Positions 62,785 to 64,000 of a stretch of 64,000 bases of DNA are shown piece after piece. The stretch is from assembly GCA_964468585.1 (NCBI GenBank), contig CAYXTM010000005.1, positions 10,247 to 74,246 on the forward strand, written 5' to 3'. Made by a program: the position numbers and the translations under genes. Each line of letters opens with the position of its first letter. The first letter of the stretch is position 1. Source of the stretch: an uncultured Thermoplasmatales archaeon (GTDB taxonomy: Archaea; Thermoplasmatota; Thermoplasmata; Thermoplasmatales; GCA-001856825). The notes beneath the pieces are model-generated. The model ran no database searches, was not told the origin of the DNA, and was given only the letters and a program-made list of their open reading frames with translations.

Positions 62785-63719
62785 ATGAAATGAAAAAGAT
62801 CATTCTTGGTTCTAATATTAAAGGTTTGGATGATTCTACTTTATTAGAAATTGAAAGTAGAGGATTCGAGGTAATCAGAGAAGATGGGAATTTCGATATC
62901 ATAACACCAGCAATGACGAAGGAGATAGTCTCAGGAAAAGCCATCATAGATCATGGTCTCGTAATTATGAAAAGGGGGGATTGGACTATAATACCATTGG
63001 AGAATCTGATTGCATCCTTGCATGGAAAAGGAAAGCAGATAGGTATATTGGTGGAAAATCCAAGTGAGGTACCCACATACCTTAACATACTTGAAAAAGG
63101 GGTAGATGCCTTATACTTTGAGGATAAAAAAGTACTGAATGATTCATTGAATTTTCTTACCGGAACACAGGAAAAGATGGATTTGAAAATTTTTAAGGTA
63201 ATGTCCATAGAGGATGCAGGTAGTGGTGACAGGGCTTGTATAGATACCCTCACAATGCTAGATGTAAATGAAGGAGTATTTCTGGGAAGTTTCTCTAGGA
63301 ATATGGTATTAGTCCTTTCAGAAAATCTAAAAAATGATTACATTGAGACTAGACCGTTCAGGATAAACTCAGGCTCAATACATCAATATGTTTATATTGG
63401 GAATGGAAAAACTAAATATCTGTCAGAGCTTGTTTCAGGTACGAAAATAATGGTATTCAACTCTGGGGGTAAGGGAAGAAATTCAGTTGTTGGTAGATCA
63501 AAAATTGAGTTTAGACCAATGCTTAAAATAAGGTATTCAGATGAAAAGGATGAAGGAGTGGTCTTCCTACAAAATGCCGAAACGGTAAGGCTGATGGGAA
63601 AGGATGGAAATTCGTTACCTGTAACTAAACTCAAGGTGGGAGACGAGATAATTGGTATCTCCCTTATTGGAGCTAGGCATTACGGCATGGCTGTGGATGA
63701 GAAGCTGATAGAGATATGA
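62781..63719 (+). CDS. aroB': 3-dehydroquinate synthase II (archaeal type)
   Basis: 312 aa, translationally coupled (4-nt overlaps) between the ADH synthase and a DHQ-dehydratase-like ORF. Its overall similarity to the PF01959-type family is from memory only. Confidence 0.75.
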   Translation: MNEMKKIILGSNIKGLDDSTLLEIESRGFEVIREDGNFDIITPAMTKEIVSGKAIIDHGLVIMKRGDWTIIPLENLIASLHGKGKQIGILVENPSEVPTYLNILEKGVDALYFEDKKVLNDSLNFLTGTQEKMDLKIFKVMSIEDAGSGDRACIDTLTMLDVNEGVFLGSFSRNMVLVLSENLKNDYIETRPFRINSGSIHQYVYIGNGKTKYLSELVSGTKIMVFNSGGKGRNSVVGRSKIEFRPMLKIRYSDEKDEGVVFLQNAETVRLMGKDGNSLPVTKLKVGDEIIGISLIGARHYGMAVDEKLIEI

Positions 63720-64000
63720 TACTCCTGTCAATAAAGGTGAATGAGTATTCTGAGCTGCGGTCATTATTGAACGGGAAATTAAATCAAGGCGAGGACGGAG
63801 TTGAGATAAGGTTAGATATGTTACCAAAAAGACCTGTTGATTTCGGCGCCCTCAAAAATTATGAAGGAATGAAGCTTCTTACTCTTAAAAACGAAGCTTT
63901 CGATATGCTATCAGGGCATCCTGAGTACGGGAACTTCTTTGACATGTTTGATCTGGATCATAAAGCCTATGAAACAATAAGAGGAAAAATTAGAGATATT
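63716..64000 (+). CDS. aroD: 3-dehydroquinate dehydratase type I, 5' partial (runs off the window)
   Basis: This ORF is not in the supplied track because it has no stop within the window. ATG 63716 overlaps the aroB' stop (ATGA). My translation MILLSIKVNEYSELRSLLNGKLNQGEDGVEIRLDML... contains the AroD-like VE(I/L)RLD motif and stays open to position 64000. Confidence 0.55.
   Translation, partial: MILLSIKVNEYSELRSLLNGKLNQGEDGVEIRLDMLPKRPVDFGALKNYEGMKLLTLKNEAFDMLSGHPEYGNFFDMFDLDHKAYETIRGKIRDI

Noticed and set aside
1-64000. Mobile elements, prophage/virus or classic defence systems (restriction-modification, CRISPR-Cas, toxin-antitoxin, Argonaute)
   Set aside because: Reading all ORFs of 60 aa or more, I saw no transposase, integrase, Cas, methyltransferase-endonuclease pair or recognisable toxin-antitoxin pair. 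The only PIN-like protein (Mut7-C) is embedded in a housekeeping operon with Pelota.

Overview
Visibly AT-rich archaeal chromosomal window; I did not compute GC. Archaeal hallmarks are aRF1, Pelota, two Orc1/Cdc6 paralogs, deoxyhypusine synthase, DtdA, MptE, and AroA'/AroB' (ADH synthase plus DHQ synthase II). The gene content (GH57/GH15 glycogen cluster, PPDK, ETF, many MFS transporters, carbamate kinase) and the frequent TATA-like boxes about 22-30 nt upstream of start codons suggest a Thermoplasmatales-like acidophile. That placement is inference only.

The window holds about 70 tightly packed CDS, many with 4-nt ATGA/TTGA overlaps, and one tRNA-Gln(CUG). I saw no rRNA, CRISPR array, transposase or integrase. 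Most of it is housekeeping: purEK, enolase-uS2, PPDK, aRF1, TyrRS, DHS, ETF, GuaA-A, FolC and aro genes.

Leads worth a second look:
1. A divergently arranged cytoplasmic NlpC/P60-SH3 + dipeptide epimerase + LysA-type decarboxylase + MFS cluster that resembles a bacterial murein-peptide salvage route (33.6-38.3 kb).
2. A compact FtsZ/tubulin-fold protein with degenerate GTP-binding and T7 motifs, lying between two orc1/cdc6 genes and next to ORB-like origin repeats (46.6-50.6 kb).
3. An extra AT-rich, Asn/Tyr-rich secreted-protein pair plus a polytopic membrane protein, bounded by unusually long non-coding spacers (55.4-58.9 kb).
4. A Mut7-C/PIN-like RNase translationally coupled to Pelota.
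5. A KaiC plus pseudo-KaiC plus unknown-protein operon, facing a metal-ligand-less M24 (pita-bread) pseudoenzyme.
6. A short diglycine-ended ThiS/MoaD/SAMP-like ORF.

All family assignments come from motif recognition by eye. None has been checked against a database.
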